Shown here piece by piece: positions 48,198-59,233 of a stretch of 64,000 nt of DNA. This DNA comes from Candidatus Cloacimonadales bacterium (GTDB lineage Bacteria > Cloacimonadota > Cloacimonadia > Cloacimonadales > JAIOQZ01), in contig OY771587.1 of NCBI GenBank assembly GCA_963674825.1, forward strand, positions 3,456,001-3,520,000, read 5' to 3'. Position 1 is the first letter of the stretch; each line of letters starts with the position of its first letter. Both the position numbers and the translations under genes were made by a program. A model generated the notes under the pieces. That model saw only the letters and a program-made list of their open reading frames with translations. It made no database searches and was not told the origin of the DNA.

Positions 48198-49478
48198 ATG
48201 AGCCGCCGCATCTATGCCCTGGTTGATTGTAACAGCTTTTATGTGTCCTGCGAGCGGGTTTTCGCGCCACAATTGCGGCACAAACCGGTTGTCGTTCTCT
48301 CCAACAATGATGGCTGCATCGTGGCGCGTTCGCAGGAGGTGAAAGATCTGGGGCTTCCCATGGCGTCGCCGGTCTTCAAGCTGCGGCACCTGATCCGCCG
48401 GTATCGCATCCACACCTTTTCCTCGAACTACACGCTCTATGCGGATATGTCGCGCCGGGTGATGGACACACTGATGGGATTCTCGCCCGAGATCGAGGTA
48501 TATTCTATTGATGAGGCTTTCCTAACCTTCACCGGCATGGAGCACGTCGATCTGAACGAATACGCCCGAATGATCCGCGATACGGTGGTGCAATGGACAG
48601 GAATCCCGGTCTCGGTGGGCATCGGACCATCCAAAACACTGGCTAAGCTCGCCAATCGCTACGCCAAGAAGAACCGCGAGTGCCAGGGCGCGTTCAACAT
48701 CACCGATCACCCGAATATCGACGCCATTCTGGAGAGCGTGCAGGTGGGTGACGTATGGGGCGTTGGCCGGAAGTATCGCGACAAGCTCAATAAGGTGGGC
48801 GTCTATACCGCGCGCCAGTTGCGCGATCTGCCGGATAAGTGGGCTCGTGCGCATATGACGGTGGTGGGACTGCGGATGGTGCACGAATTGCGTGGCATTC
48901 CCTGCTACGAGGTGGAACCCGAGATCGACCCCAAGAAGGGGATCGTCACCTCGCGTTCCTTTGGCAAACCGCTGGAAGAGGAAGAACACATGAGCGAAGC
49001 GGTGGCGGCTTATGTGGCACGGGCAGCGGTAAAACTCCGCCGACAGCACAGTGTGGCAAGTTGTCTCACCGTGTTCATCATCACCAACCCGTTCCGCAAA
49101 GAGCAGCCGCAGTACGCCAATTCCGCCTCGTGGAATATCGAGCCCCCCACCGCTGATACGCCGCAGCTCATAGCGATTGCCAGGAAGCTGCTGAATCGAA
49201 TCTATCGCAGCGGTTACAAGTACAAAAAGGCAGGTGTAATGCTGACGGGGATAAGACCAGATGGCGAGTTCCAATTGGATGCCTTCGATACCGCCTTCAC
49301 GGATGATCGCAGGCAGAAGCTGATGGAGACGCTTGATCAAGTCAATGGTCGTTACGGCATGCACACGCTGTCGTTTGCGTCGGAGGGAATTCGGAAGCCG
49401 TGGCAGATGAAGCGGGAGAAGCTATCGCGCCGATTCACGACGAACTGGAACGAGATCCCGGTAGTGAAAGCGGATTAG
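48198..49478 (+). CDS. umuC: Y-family DNA polymerase V catalytic subunit UmuC
   Basis: [38 protein letters not shown]-terminal [15 protein letters not shown]; start set at MSRRIYAL. Confidence 0.94.
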   Translation: MSRRIYALVDCNSFYVSCERVFAPQLRHKPVVVLSNNDGCIVARSQEVKDLGLPMASPVFKLRHLIRRYRIHTFSSNYTLYADMSRRVMDTLMGFSPEIEVYSIDEAFLTFTGMEHVDLNEYARMIRDTVVQWTGIPVSVGIGPSKTLAKLANRYAKKNRECQGAFNITDHPNIDAILESVQVGDVWGVGRKYRDKLNKVGVYTARQLRDLPDKWARAHMTVVGLRMVHELRGIPCYEVEPEIDPKKGIVTSRSFGKPLEEEEHMSEAVAAYVARAAVKLRRQHSVASCLTVFIITNPFRKEQPQYANSASWNIEPPTADTPQLIAIARKLLNRIYRSGYKYKKAGVMLTGIRPDGEFQLDAFDTAFTDDRRQKLMETLDQVNGRYGMHTLSFASEGIRKPWQMKREKLSRRFTTNWNEIPVVKAD

Positions 49479-51985
49479 TCTTTCTTGTTATCTTCGAACA
49501 CAATCATGTCCGATTCATCGTCGTAATTATCGAAATGGAAATCATTGGAGTCGCGGTATTTCTCGAGGATTCCGGTGATGGCATCCATCGAAGCCTCGAT
49601 TTTGAGCAGATAAGGCTCCATCTCACTGCACAGCTTGCCGGTCTCAGGAGTCTGGTCTTCATGAGAATTCATATTCATTCTGATCAGGTCGAGGTTTCCG
49701 CGAATGACCATCAGCGGTTGATTGATCTCGTGATTGGCAGTGGCGGCCATGGCGAGTGCGGTGGTTCGACGCTCCAGTTCACGGATGCTTTTCTGCGCTT
49801 CCTGAAGTTCACAATATGAGCGCTGTAGTTTGTCCTCTGCCTCTTTTCGCTTGGTGATATCGAGCATAGTCCCGACAACGCCTATAGGCTTGTTTGCGTG
49901 ATTTGTGAATAGACTCTTACAGAGGATCATGTGGTGCTTTATGTCGTTCTGATCAATGAATTTTGCTTCGCATGTTGTGGAAGGCTTCCTGGTGGTCACG
50001 GTTTCTTTTCGCGGGAAGATATCCGTTTTCTTGGCAAGGTCGAGTTCATCTGGCTTCTTGCCGATTAGCTTCTTACGCGCGATACCCACAAGTTCCTCGA
50101 ATGCGGTGTTGCAACCCATGAAAACGCGATCCATATCGTGATAGAAAACAGGATTGGGGATGCTATCAAGCAGATTGGACAGGAATAAGTCATGCTCCAG
50201 AATCGTAAGCTCTGTCATTTTGTGGGTATCGATGTCCCGAATGAGCTTGAGGATCGTTGTGATTTCACCTTGCTGGCTGTGGACGACCGTTACATTCACT
50301 TCACCCCAGAAGACGGTCCCGTCTTTACGGACATATCGTTTCTCCAGGTGATAACCTTTCGATTTCCCAGTTAGGACGTCTTCATGGAACTTCTTGCTCT
50401 TTTCTTTATCGTCCTTGTACGTTAAGTCGATCAATCTCCGGGACTTGAGTTCGTCGAAAGTGTAGCCGAATAGCGTGGCCGCGCGCTTATTCATGTAAAT
50501 GTAATTACCGTCGGAGTCGGTCATGATTACGCCGACGAGTGCATTCTCGAGGATTGAGACAAGCTTGGCTCGCTCTTCTATCAGCTGATTCTCCGAACTT
50601 TTCCGGTCTTCGATCTCTTTCCGCAATTCGGCATTCTTTTGCTGGAGATCTGTGGTTTTGTCTTCGATCAATCGTTGTAGATCATCCTGTCGGTCTTCCA
50701 GTTCTTTTTCGAGTCTTTTGAATTCAGTAACATCCCGGATGATACCGACAAGTACCTTTTTCCCTGTGACCTTATCCGTGAAGACCATCTTTTTTGTCGA
50801 AATTACATGAATCTGCCCGGATGCATCGGTGAAGTCCTCTTCGTTCACATTGGGTTTGGCAGTTTTGAATACTTCATTATCGGCTTTCCAGAAAACATCG
50901 GCTTCATCTTTCGGGAAGAAATCGTAGTCACTCTTACCGATAAGCTGATGTCGCTCATAGCCCATGAATTTACAGAAAGCATCATTCAGTAAGATCCAGC
51001 GGTGGTTGCTGTCTTTGACAAAGATAGGGTCTGCGATGGTGTTCATGATGTTATCGAGGAATATATTCGCTTTCTGGAGCTCGTTCTGGTATCGTGTCTG
51101 ATCCGTGATGTCGATATCCATGCGGAAGAATTCGTCGATCTCACCCTCTTCCTGAACGGGATAGATGACAGAAAAGACGGTGGCGTTGTGGTGGCTGTCG
51201 ATAGGCACTTCAAAGTATCGGGCGTCACTTGGTTTGCGAGTTTCTTCGATAGCTGAAAGTGTATCTGGGAAGGTCTTGCGATTGATGTAATCAGGCAGGA
51301 TATCTTGGATACGATTGCCCAGTGCATCAGCTTCTGATATCTTGTAGAGCTTTTCGCTGGTTCGATTCCAGAATGTGATATAGCCGCCTCGATCAAATCC
51401 CTGTATCGCCATTGATGCTGTCTGGTTGATGATGGATTCGAAGCGTTGGATTGAGCTTTGCAGCGCTTTTTCGGCGAGAGAGTGATTATGGATTTCTATC
51501 TCCAATTGCGCATTGGCTTGCTTCAAATCATGCGTTCGGCGCTCAACGTATTTCTCCAGGTCTTCCTTCATTTGACGAAGGCTGATCATGGCATCCTGAT
51601 GTTCGGTGATATCGATCAGGTAGCCGAAATATCCGAGAACCGAATCCTTTGAATCGTAGAGGATCCGCGTGTGATCAAGAACCCATATATAGCTTCCGTC
51701 CGTACGCTTAAGGCGATAGGGTTCATGCTCGAAAATCTCGTGTCTGTGCTCTGTGTGGTTGCTGACTTCATCGCTGACACGTCTGAGATCGGATTTGTGG
51801 ATAAGGCTGCCGTAGGCGATTTTGCCCGAAGTGAAATCCTCCGGTTTATGTCCCAAGAGGTGTTTAACATTTTGACTGACAAATTGCACAGGCCATTCGG
51901 GTGCGTTACGCCATTCAAAAAGGACGACCGGGCCCTTCTCGAATAGCCGTACCGTATGCTCAACACCACTTACAGCTGTTTCCAT
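49475..51985 (-). CDS. Cytoplasmic multi-PAS sensor ending in a HisKA-like (DHp) domain, no ATPase domain
   Basis: About five PAS/PAC units (e.g. [14 protein letters not shown]); [10 protein letters not shown]-box; stop about 70 aa later with no N/G boxes. Confidence 0.85.
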   Translation of the reverse strand: METAVSGVEHTVRLFEKGPVVLFEWRNAPEWPVQFVSQNVKHLLGHKPEDFTSGKIAYGSLIHKSDLRRVSDEVSNHTEHRHEIFEHEPYRLKRTDGSYIWVLDHTRILYDSKDSVLGYFGYLIDITEHQDAMISLRQMKEDLEKYVERRTHDLKQANAQLEIEIHNHSLAEKALQSSIQRFESIINQTASMAIQGFDRGGYITFWNRTSEKLYKISEADALGNRIQDILPDYINRKTFPDTLSAIEETRKPSDARYFEVPIDSHHNATVFSVIYPVQEEGEIDEFFRMDIDITDQTRYQNELQKANIFLDNIMNTIADPIFVKDSNHRWILLNDAFCKFMGYERHQLIGKSDYDFFPKDEADVFWKADNEVFKTAKPNVNEEDFTDASGQIHVISTKKMVFTDKVTGKKVLVGIIRDVTEFKRLEKELEDRQDDLQRLIEDKTTDLQQKNAELRKEIEDRKSSENQLIEERAKLVSILENALVGVIMTDSDGNYIYMNKRAATLFGYTFDELKSRRLIDLTYKDDKEKSKKFHEDVLTGKSKGYHLEKRYVRKDGTVFWGEVNVTVVHSQQGEITTILKLIRDIDTHKMTELTILEHDLFLSNLLDSIPNPVFYHDMDRVFMGCNTAFEELVGIARKKLIGKKPDELDLAKKTDIFPRKETVTTRKPSTTCEAKFIDQNDIKHHMILCKSLFTNHANKPIGVVGTMLDITKRKEAEDKLQRSYCELQEAQKSIRELERRTTALAMAATANHEINQPLMVIRGNLDLIRMNMNSHEDQTPETGKLCSEMEPYLLKIEASMDAITGILEKYRDSNDFHFDNYDDESDMIVFEDNKKD

Positions 51986-52014
51986 ACAAAGACGCTCCGT
52001 AGATATTAATGGAA

Positions 52015-54588
52015 TTAATTACATTTTCGGATGATAAGGTCCGAAACGCCCATACGATAGCCTTTCGATGAAAAAATAACCTGGTTTTGATCGTTGATCA
52101 AAAATAGTGCCGGATAGTCCGAAGTTTCCTGTTGCAAGAACGGTTGATCTTGATAGTGCCTTACAAATTCAGGTACGATTTCCTTATTTCCCAGTTCTGA
52201 GAATAATATAAACCCAATCTTGCGGTCTGTCAAGATTTTCGATTTACCTTCAAATTCGTTCAGCATGCGCATCTGAGGCTCCGTCGGGTGATCAGTGCGT
52301 ACAAACACGATTCGATAATCGTGATCTTTGTCAATACTTGCTATTTCGATGACCTTTTCGAGCGTTTTTTGATCCCAGTCTTCGCTTACATCGTACATGT
52401 CTTCCGGTGTCACCAGATCGAGAGTAATGGTTTCACCATCAATGCCTTCCAAATCGTGAATCACGATCTCAGCGTCGCCGTTATCGTTGCGGATATACCC
52501 CTGCAAATTGTAAACCGTTCCTTCCTCGGGGTACCATGTAACGACGCTGATTAGAGAGTCTCTCACCTCATCATAGTACGTGTAATACATACTGCCATCC
52601 GGATACACAGCATGCAGTAGGAAGTTGCTGAATGATTCGGCTTGAACCTGGTTACCATCTGCGACAATGTTTACTCGAACAGTGCGTGTTGGGAGCGCTG
52701 GTTTATCTTTGAAGTCGCTACTTAAATCATAGCGAGTAAATTCTTTTCCATCAAAAACTTCCACATGCCCTTTCCATCGTACGGGAATGCCCAGGTATTT
52801 CAGCGCAAAGGTGAACAGGTAGAGCTGATCGCGCCGACTGACATGCTTCATGTTCAGAATCTGAAGCGGGTCCATGGAGCCGCCGAAATATTGTCCGGTA
52901 AGGGTAGTATCAACGACGACAGTCTCATCAAGCCAGGAGTGCACGGCTTCGACTGTCTGCATGATGTCGCCCTGGCGAAGATCCTTGATTTTGCTGTAAA
53001 GTTCTGTCTGCCAGCCGGTTTCAGGGAGTGGCTTTCGTGGAAAGATAGGCCCAAGAACGTGGTTGTACCAGATCGAGTCGGGGACGTTGAAGCGATCGCG
53101 GTTTTCCTGGAAGATATCGACGATTGCACGGAGCCGGGCTGAATCAGGAATCTCGATGATGTCCTTTATATCCCAACTGGTCATCATGTGGTTCAGGATG
53201 TCCCTTTTCTCGTGGTCGTCTTCGAGTGCATCATATACTTTCATGTATTGATCGGTAGCTCCTGCAAGGCGTTCACACTGCGCGAGGAAGTTATCGCGTC
53301 GATCGGCGAATTCGCCCTCTGTTTCACCCTCATTGGGAACGACATCGTAGTAGCGCAGGAAGTCCCTGACATGCTTGCGATCGTCGGCGAGTTTCTTTTC
53401 GCGACGCAGGTTGGATAGCTCCTGACGAAGCTCCAGGTTTTCGATGACAGGTTCGACATCGTTGTTACCGGACGCAACTTGCTCCACGGGGAACCTGAAC
53501 ATGAACTTGCCGTCGATATGGTGGTTGGGTTCGAGCGCGATGGTGATGGATTCTGGATTGTCGAATGTATTGAGGATAGCCCAACCCATCAGGCTATCCT
53601 GTGCGGCTGTGACAAAGGTTGAACCTCTTCCAAGCGCGACATTCACCTCTCCCCTGTCGTCGGTGTTAAGCCGCAGCATGGGAAAGAGTCCGCCATAGGA
53701 CAGAGCGTAGAAGAGAACTTCCGCGTCCTCTACGGCTTCACCGTCACGGTCGATCACATTGATGGTGTAGTCGAGGGGTTGATTGTAGGTGGAAGTGGTG
53801 TTGAGTAAAGATTCACGATCTTCATATTTCAGGGTCTCTTTGGACGGATAGTCGCCAAACGCGTGCGAGAGAATAAGGATGCTGCGACTGGCGCGTTTGG
53901 AAAACCAGGTGTCCGATATCAGGTTGGACGGTCCTTTGGGACCCATGTATTTCCAGCCTTCGGGTGTCCACATCTCGTTCCAGGCGTGGTTGTTATCCAT
54001 GAAATTCCAGAACGGTGCGGAGACTGGCCGCATCGGGATACCGACGCTTCTTGCAGCAGCGATTTCGAGGATCATCATTTCTTCGCAACGACCGTAGATC
54101 CGCTTGATGGTGGTCAGCGGAGCCTGATCGCGTCCAGAGGTTGGTTCGAAATAATTGTTTTCATTGCACCACAGATTGACAATCATCATTGCTTCTTCCA
54201 GCGTTTTCGCGTCATGGACAAGCGGCTCGAGTTCATCGTAGAATTGTGCGCGCCAGGGCTCAAATGGCTCCTGGGAGATGCGAGGCGGCAGTACAAAGTG
54301 CATGAAGATATCTTCGGGAACATCCTTCGTGTAGCCCAGTTCGCGGGTCTTCAGCGCATACTCGATGTTTTCACGCAGATATTCAGGTGTGAGCATGGCA
54401 AGGTCGGATGGAGAGGAATATTCCAGGATGTAGCGTGTCAACTCAGCGGTTTCACCCTTTCCATCCATCATCTCGATGAAGCTGTCGGCGTTCTCGCCAG
54501 CATAGGTACGGATGCGCTGCTGAAGGTCATCCGAGGCCGAAACGATGCCAATCCATACTACGATAAACACAAGCAAAAGGTTTTTCAT
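52015..54588 (-). CDS. Exported transglutaminase-like domain protein
   Basis: Signal peptide; FMHFVLPPRI..EP, GRCEE, ARSVGIP.R, NHAWNE; Ig-like VIDRDGEAVEDA...TDDRG segment. Confidence 0.82.
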   Translation of the reverse strand: MKNLLLVFIVVWIGIVSASDDLQQRIRTYAGENADSFIEMMDGKGETAELTRYILEYSSPSDLAMLTPEYLRENIEYALKTRELGYTKDVPEDIFMHFVLPPRISQEPFEPWRAQFYDELEPLVHDAKTLEEAMMIVNLWCNENNYFEPTSGRDQAPLTTIKRIYGRCEEMMILEIAAARSVGIPMRPVSAPFWNFMDNNHAWNEMWTPEGWKYMGPKGPSNLISDTWFSKRASRSILILSHAFGDYPSKETLKYEDRESLLNTTSTYNQPLDYTINVIDRDGEAVEDAEVLFYALSYGGLFPMLRLNTDDRGEVNVALGRGSTFVTAAQDSLMGWAILNTFDNPESITIALEPNHHIDGKFMFRFPVEQVASGNNDVEPVIENLELRQELSNLRREKKLADDRKHVRDFLRYYDVVPNEGETEGEFADRRDNFLAQCERLAGATDQYMKVYDALEDDHEKRDILNHMMTSWDIKDIIEIPDSARLRAIVDIFQENRDRFNVPDSIWYNHVLGPIFPRKPLPETGWQTELYSKIKDLRQGDIMQTVEAVHSWLDETVVVDTTLTGQYFGGSMDPLQILNMKHVSRRDQLYLFTFALKYLGIPVRWKGHVEVFDGKEFTRYDLSSDFKDKPALPTRTVRVNIVADGNQVQAESFSNFLLHAVYPDGSMYYTYYDEVRDSLISVVTWYPEEGTVYNLQGYIRNDNGDAEIVIHDLEGIDGETITLDLVTPEDMYDVSEDWDQKTLEKVIEIASIDKDHDYRIVFVRTDHPTEPQMRMLNEFEGKSKILTDRKIGFILFSELGNKEIVPEFVRHYQDQPFLQQETSDYPALFLINDQNQVIFSSKGYRMGVSDLIIRKCN

Positions 54589-54618
54589 TCTCTATCTCCA
54601 GGTGTTGATTTGCTTTCT

Positions 54619-56124
54619 TTAGAACTGAGCCTGATAGCCGGCGTAGAATTCGCGGACCCATTCGTGATCATCGACGATTTCCAGCCTGTATCCAGCTTTG
54701 ATGGCATGATGATTGAGCGGCTTCCATGTTGCCACCGCGTCAATCTTCCATGTTTCTGTAAGCTCGCCTTCGAGCCATCGTGCGGTGTCTTTGGGGCGGT
54801 CGTTGTAATTGATGGTCCACGAGTTACCCAGACTTCCCTGACGGATGAATTGCACCTTGCTATCAAGGCGCAGTCTGCGATGCAGCGGTAGATTCACCTC
54901 CATCGCGTAGGCAAGCAGATTGCTTCCTTCAGGGTATCCCAGTGCACTTCCGTCGTGTGAGAACGCGTTAACGGTTTTTTTGTGTGTGTACATCCAGGGA
55001 CGGATTGCGGTGAATTCCATGACGATACGTGCTGGATATTCGGGAACGATGAGAGGAATATTGCTGACCAAACCGCTTTGGAAGGCGTATTTATTTCCCC
55101 ACCAGTCGCCGAATATCTCGCTTTTGCGCAGCTCGTCGAGCACGAAGTTCATGTAGAATCCCATGAGGCTTTTAGGGTAGGCGTTCAAGCCTGTGAAGAT
55201 CATCACGTTGTCGCGATCACCGTCGTTGTGCTCGCTTACGCGATAAAAAGTCTGAGGGAGCATGTAGCTTATGTCTGGCGCGCGATTTCCGTAGAGAACT
55301 TCTTCGCCGAAAAACCAGTTCACGTCGTCCAGCACCTCCCAGTCGAGCCGGTGGATCGCGAGGTAGCGATCCTCGGAAGTATAGGAGACGTTGTTGTTGG
55401 TGCTATCTGGTAATAGGCTGCCATGCATAAAGCTAAGTGTGACCGGACCAAAATCGTACATCCAGCTCAGGTAGCCGTATTCGCTGCCGTTATCGTCAAG
55501 GATGGGGCTTCCGGTGATGCTCTCGCCGATCTGAAAATTGTCGCGTCCCAGTGAGAAAACGCCGTAGTCGCTGTGATACGTGATGTGACCGATCATGTTA
55601 TCGAGATAAATGCGGCCATCTTCATGCTTGCTATAGCCTTTGAGCAGACTCGAAGTGGAATCGGCATAATCCAGATCGCCTTCATAGCGAGCCATCCACC
55701 AGTTCGAATCGAAGAAAAGGCGGTCGCCGAGATTGAAATCCATGTCAGCGCCATACCATATCATCCGATAGGCGTCATCCTTGCCAGCAGTGTACGATCC
55801 GCCTGCGAAAAGCGAGAAGCGCATGTTTCCGGGAAACTTCGCGTTGCCCGGAGCGCGGTAACTCAAGAACGAAGCGGTATCATCGCGGCGAAAGAAACCG
55901 ATCAGGGATCGCTTGAAGTTTGGCCATGTTTGCACTGCTGTCTGAAAGCCCTCGGGGGTGTTTGTCGAATCCTGCACGATTAGGCTTACCTGCTTCCAGG
56001 CATCTTGATTGAATAAAAAGTTCGGGTAGGTCTGCGTCGATACATCCGGCTCGATTGCCAGCATGATCATTGGTGTTACTAACAAAATAAATATCAATGA
56101 ATTACGCAATAAATCTCTCATCAT
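54619..56124 (-). CDS. Outer-membrane beta-barrel protein (capsule assembly Wzi-like)
   Basis: Signal peptide; LGRD..QIG, YLAIHRL, DRDNVM, ALGYP.GSN; terminal YQAQF. Confidence 0.6.
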   Translation of the reverse strand: MMRDLLRNSLIFILLVTPMIMLAIEPDVSTQTYPNFLFNQDAWKQVSLIVQDSTNTPEGFQTAVQTWPNFKRSLIGFFRRDDTASFLSYRAPGNAKFPGNMRFSLFAGGSYTAGKDDAYRMIWYGADMDFNLGDRLFFDSNWWMARYEGDLDYADSTSSLLKGYSKHEDGRIYLDNMIGHITYHSDYGVFSLGRDNFQIGESITGSPILDDNGSEYGYLSWMYDFGPVTLSFMHGSLLPDSTNNNVSYTSEDRYLAIHRLDWEVLDDVNWFFGEEVLYGNRAPDISYMLPQTFYRVSEHNDGDRDNVMIFTGLNAYPKSLMGFYMNFVLDELRKSEIFGDWWGNKYAFQSGLVSNIPLIVPEYPARIVMEFTAIRPWMYTHKKTVNAFSHDGSALGYPEGSNLLAYAMEVNLPLHRRLRLDSKVQFIRQGSLGNSWTINYNDRPKDTARWLEGELTETWKIDAVATWKPLNHHAIKAGYRLEIVDDHEWVREFYAGYQAQF

Positions 56125-56263
56125 GTTTCCTCAAAATACGGATATCCATACGGATGCAGGCGTCAAGTTTTTATTCAACCATATCGCCTGTCCTGTGGAA
56201 TTTCGTTGACGAAAATAGTTTTCGTGCGCCTTCTATCACAATCTCAGATTCAGGTGCCCGGGT

Positions 56264-57484
56264 ATGATAAACGAAGAAACAACACGCGAAATGATCAGCT
56301 CGTTTTTGCGCATGGCCAAAAAGAACAAAAGGCAATCTCCACGCGAAACGATCGACTATGCTACCAAAGCTTTGCAACTCTCGATTGAATTGGGTGATGA
56401 AAACTACATCGCCAAGTCCTATCAGTGGAAAGGCATCGGGTATTTTGTTACCGACGAGTACGAAAAAGCGCTCAAGCACTTCCTCAAAAGCATGGAACTG
56501 AATGAAAAACTCGGTCAGGACGAAAGCATTGCCAACAATCTTTCCAATATCGGCGTGGTCTATGCGACGCTGGGCAACTATGAAACAGCGATCGAGTACT
56601 ACAATAGTTCTCTTGATATCAGAACACGCCTGGACGACCAGAATGGTATTGCCAGCAGCTACACGAAGCTCGGTAATATCTATTCCAAATTGGGAAAAGC
56701 AGAAGAAGCGATCGAACACCATCAGAAAGCTCTTGAAATCGCCAGCGAGCAAAACGATACCTTCTCGATTGGGCTTATCGAACATAACATCGGGTATATC
56801 CTGCTGAAGACAGAACGGTTCGGAGACGCCCGGAAGCACCTTGAAGAAGCGCTTCAGATGCGCATCAAGAACGAAGATACAACCGGTAGAATCAAAACGA
56901 TGACACTCCTTGCCGATACCATGTTGGGATTGGGTGAGATTGGTCCGGCCATTGAATATATCCTCCAAGCTATCGAATTGGGGAAATCGCAGGATGCAAA
57001 GCAATGCCTGATCGATTCCTTCATGGTCAAGGCGAAGATCGACGCGGCACGAGGTGATTACAGGTCTGCCTATGAAACGCATTTGAAGCACTCCGAATAC
57101 TGGCTGGAACTCCACAATATACGAAACTCCACCCGCATCGCAGATATGAAGAATCGACTTGTTAACGAGAAGCAACAGCGTGAGATCGAGATGCTGAGGA
57201 AAGATATGGAGATCGTCAAGCTCGAGAAGAAAAATACCGCGCTTGCAATGGCTGTCACGGCGAACCACGAGATGAACCAGCCATTAATGATCCTGCGGGG
57301 GAACCTCGATATGTTGCTCCTCTCTATTGACCAGCAAGAATTTTCCGAGCAGCAGAAGCGCTTTGTGGAGCGCATCGAACAGGCGATTGATCGTATTCAG
57401 AAAATCCTCGATAAATTCAGTGACCTGGAAGATTTCCGGCTGGAAGATTACAGCGAGGGCTCCAAGATGGTTGTGATCGAGTAA
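56264..57484 (+). CDS. TPR-repeat protein ending in a HisKA-like (DHp) domain, no ATPase domain
   Basis: TPR units (NNLSNIGVVY..LGNYETA); ANHEMNQPL H-box; ends DYSEGSKMVVIE. Confidence 0.85.
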   Translation: MINEETTREMISSFLRMAKKNKRQSPRETIDYATKALQLSIELGDENYIAKSYQWKGIGYFVTDEYEKALKHFLKSMELNEKLGQDESIANNLSNIGVVYATLGNYETAIEYYNSSLDIRTRLDDQNGIASSYTKLGNIYSKLGKAEEAIEHHQKALEIASEQNDTFSIGLIEHNIGYILLKTERFGDARKHLEEALQMRIKNEDTTGRIKTMTLLADTMLGLGEIGPAIEYILQAIELGKSQDAKQCLIDSFMVKAKIDAARGDYRSAYETHLKHSEYWLELHNIRNSTRIADMKNRLVNEKQQREIEMLRKDMEIVKLEKKNTALAMAVTANHEMNQPLMILRGNLDMLLLSIDQQEFSEQQKRFVERIEQAIDRIQKILDKFSDLEDFRLEDYSEGSKMVVIE

Positions 57485-57608
57485 AATAGTCGTAAAAACT
57501 TTTCATACTCCGTCGATGCAAAATCAGTTTTCACAAGGAAAATCTTGACGTATCGGGGCCGTTCTATAAACTTCTTAAAGAAGTACAGATTCATTATCAG
57601 GAGCCAAC

Positions 57609-58226
57609 ATGAAACGCCCCGTCGTAATTGGAATCGCCGGTGGAACCGGCTCAGGAAAGACAACCATCGCGTCCGCAATCGAGCAGGATATTGGCGAACA
57701 TATCACCATTATTCCGCAGGATGCCTACTATCGCTCGTTTCCGGATCTACCTTACGAACAACGCTGTAAAATCAACTATGACCACCCCGACGCATTCGAT
57801 ACACCGCTGCTATTGAAACACATCAGAAGCCTGAAAAACAACATCCCTATCGAACTGCCGGTCTACGATTACCACGAACATCTTCGTAAAATCCAGACGG
57901 TCTCTAAAAATCCATCTCGGGTTATCATTGTCGAAGGAATCCTCATCTTCGAAAACGAAGACGTCGTTGACGAACTCGACATCCGCATTTTTGTGGATAC
58001 GGATGCCGACATTCGCATTCTACGGCGTATCGAGCGTGATATCAACGAACGCGGAAGAAGCCTGGAATCGGTTATGAACCAATACCGCGAGACGGTCCGT
58101 CCCATGCACATTCAATTCGTTGAGCCCACCAAGCGTCTCGCTGATATTATTATCCCCGAGGGTGGCCAGAATCGAATCGGTATAGATATGATCATTACGA
58201 AAATCAAACATATTCTAAGTACCTGA
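57609..58226 (+). CDS. udk: Uridine kinase
   Basis: IGIAGGTGSGKTT, QDAYY, NYDHPDAFD, IVEGIL, RRIERD..ERGR, EPTK..ADIIIP.GG. Confidence 0.96.
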   Translation: MKRPVVIGIAGGTGSGKTTIASAIEQDIGEHITIIPQDAYYRSFPDLPYEQRCKINYDHPDAFDTPLLLKHIRSLKNNIPIELPVYDYHEHLRKIQTVSKNPSRVIIVEGILIFENEDVVDELDIRIFVDTDADIRILRRIERDINERGRSLESVMNQYRETVRPMHIQFVEPTKRLADIIIPEGGQNRIGIDMIITKIKHILST

Positions 58227-58249
58227 GCAATCCGTACAAGGAGCACAAT

Positions 58250-59233
58250 ATGCCACTGAAACTTCAGAGATATGTTCAACTAATGAAAAGCCTGCTGGAG
58301 TTTAATACTCTCCAGGAATGCCTCAGTCTGATCGTTCGCGATATGGAAACCGAGTATAAATTTCTCATCCTTGGTATATTCCTCAAGAACGAGATGACCC
58401 AGACATTCAGATTGAAGATCGGTAGAAACCTCAGCCACAGCTTTCAGAAACGTACCGAGTTTAGCCTTGGTCACGCTTTGATCGACCGGCTAGAGAAGCT
58501 CGAGACTATTACCGAAGTCAACTGCGGCGAAATTGATTTCGATAAGCCTTGCAAGAATCTGGTGATCTTCCCGCTGCATTATCGCGGTGAATTACGGGGT
58601 TTCCTCTTTATGGATAAGGAAGAGTACGAAGAGGAAGAGCTGGTCAAGATGGAAATCTTCGCCTCGCTTATCAGCCTTGTCGTGCAGATTCATTCCCAGG
58701 AAAACCTGATCGATCGGATGAACCAGTTCGACGCATTGACCGGCCTCCTGGTCTATCGCTCATTCCTGGAGCGAACCGAGATCGCGTTCGCACAGGCCCG
58801 GCGCTACAGAAATCACCTCTCGCTCATCATTTTGAAGGTCAACAAGTATCACGACCTCTATCGCAAGTACGGAAATGTTGAGGCAGATCGCATTTTCACC
58901 AGCATCGCATCGATCCTCAAAGGCGGTTTGCGTGTTATGGAGATCCTGGGATTCATCCACCCCGATACCTTCATGATTTTGCTGCCTGAGAATAAATACG
59001 AGGACAATCAGTACGTAATCAAGCGCCTGGAAACCATGATTCTCGAACGAAATGACAAGCTTACGAAAGATCTGCTTGCATGGGGTGTCAGCAATTATAG
59101 CGACGACCTCAAGAACGTTGAACGATTCATTACCAATACCGAAGAGTGCGCTTTTGAAGCGGCAAGAAGAACGGATATCAACATCGTTTACCACGACGAC
59201 CTGGAAAAATCCGAAGAGGAGCCGGAGGCATGA
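58250..59233 (+). CDS. GAF domain plus degenerate GGDEF domain protein
   Basis: GAF-like FPL..RGELRGFL; DALTGL linker; active-site position reads IHPDT instead of GGDEF. Confidence 0.75.
   Translation: MPLKLQRYVQLMKSLLEFNTLQECLSLIVRDMETEYKFLILGIFLKNEMTQTFRLKIGRNLSHSFQKRTEFSLGHALIDRLEKLETITEVNCGEIDFDKPCKNLVIFPLHYRGELRGFLFMDKEEYEEEELVKMEIFASLISLVVQIHSQENLIDRMNQFDALTGLLVYRSFLERTEIAFAQARRYRNHLSLIILKVNKYHDLYRKYGNVEADRIFTSIASILKGGLRVMEILGFIHPDTFMILLPENKYEDNQYVIKRLETMILERNDKLTKDLLAWGVSNYSDDLKNVERFITNTEECAFEAARRTDINIVYHDDLEKSEEEPEA

Noticed and set aside
53863..54891. 342-aa plus-strand ORF
   Set aside because: Antisense to two well-supported minus-strand genes; no recognisable domain
56171..57268. 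365-aa minus-strand ORF
   Set aside because: Antisense shadow of the TPR/His-box gene
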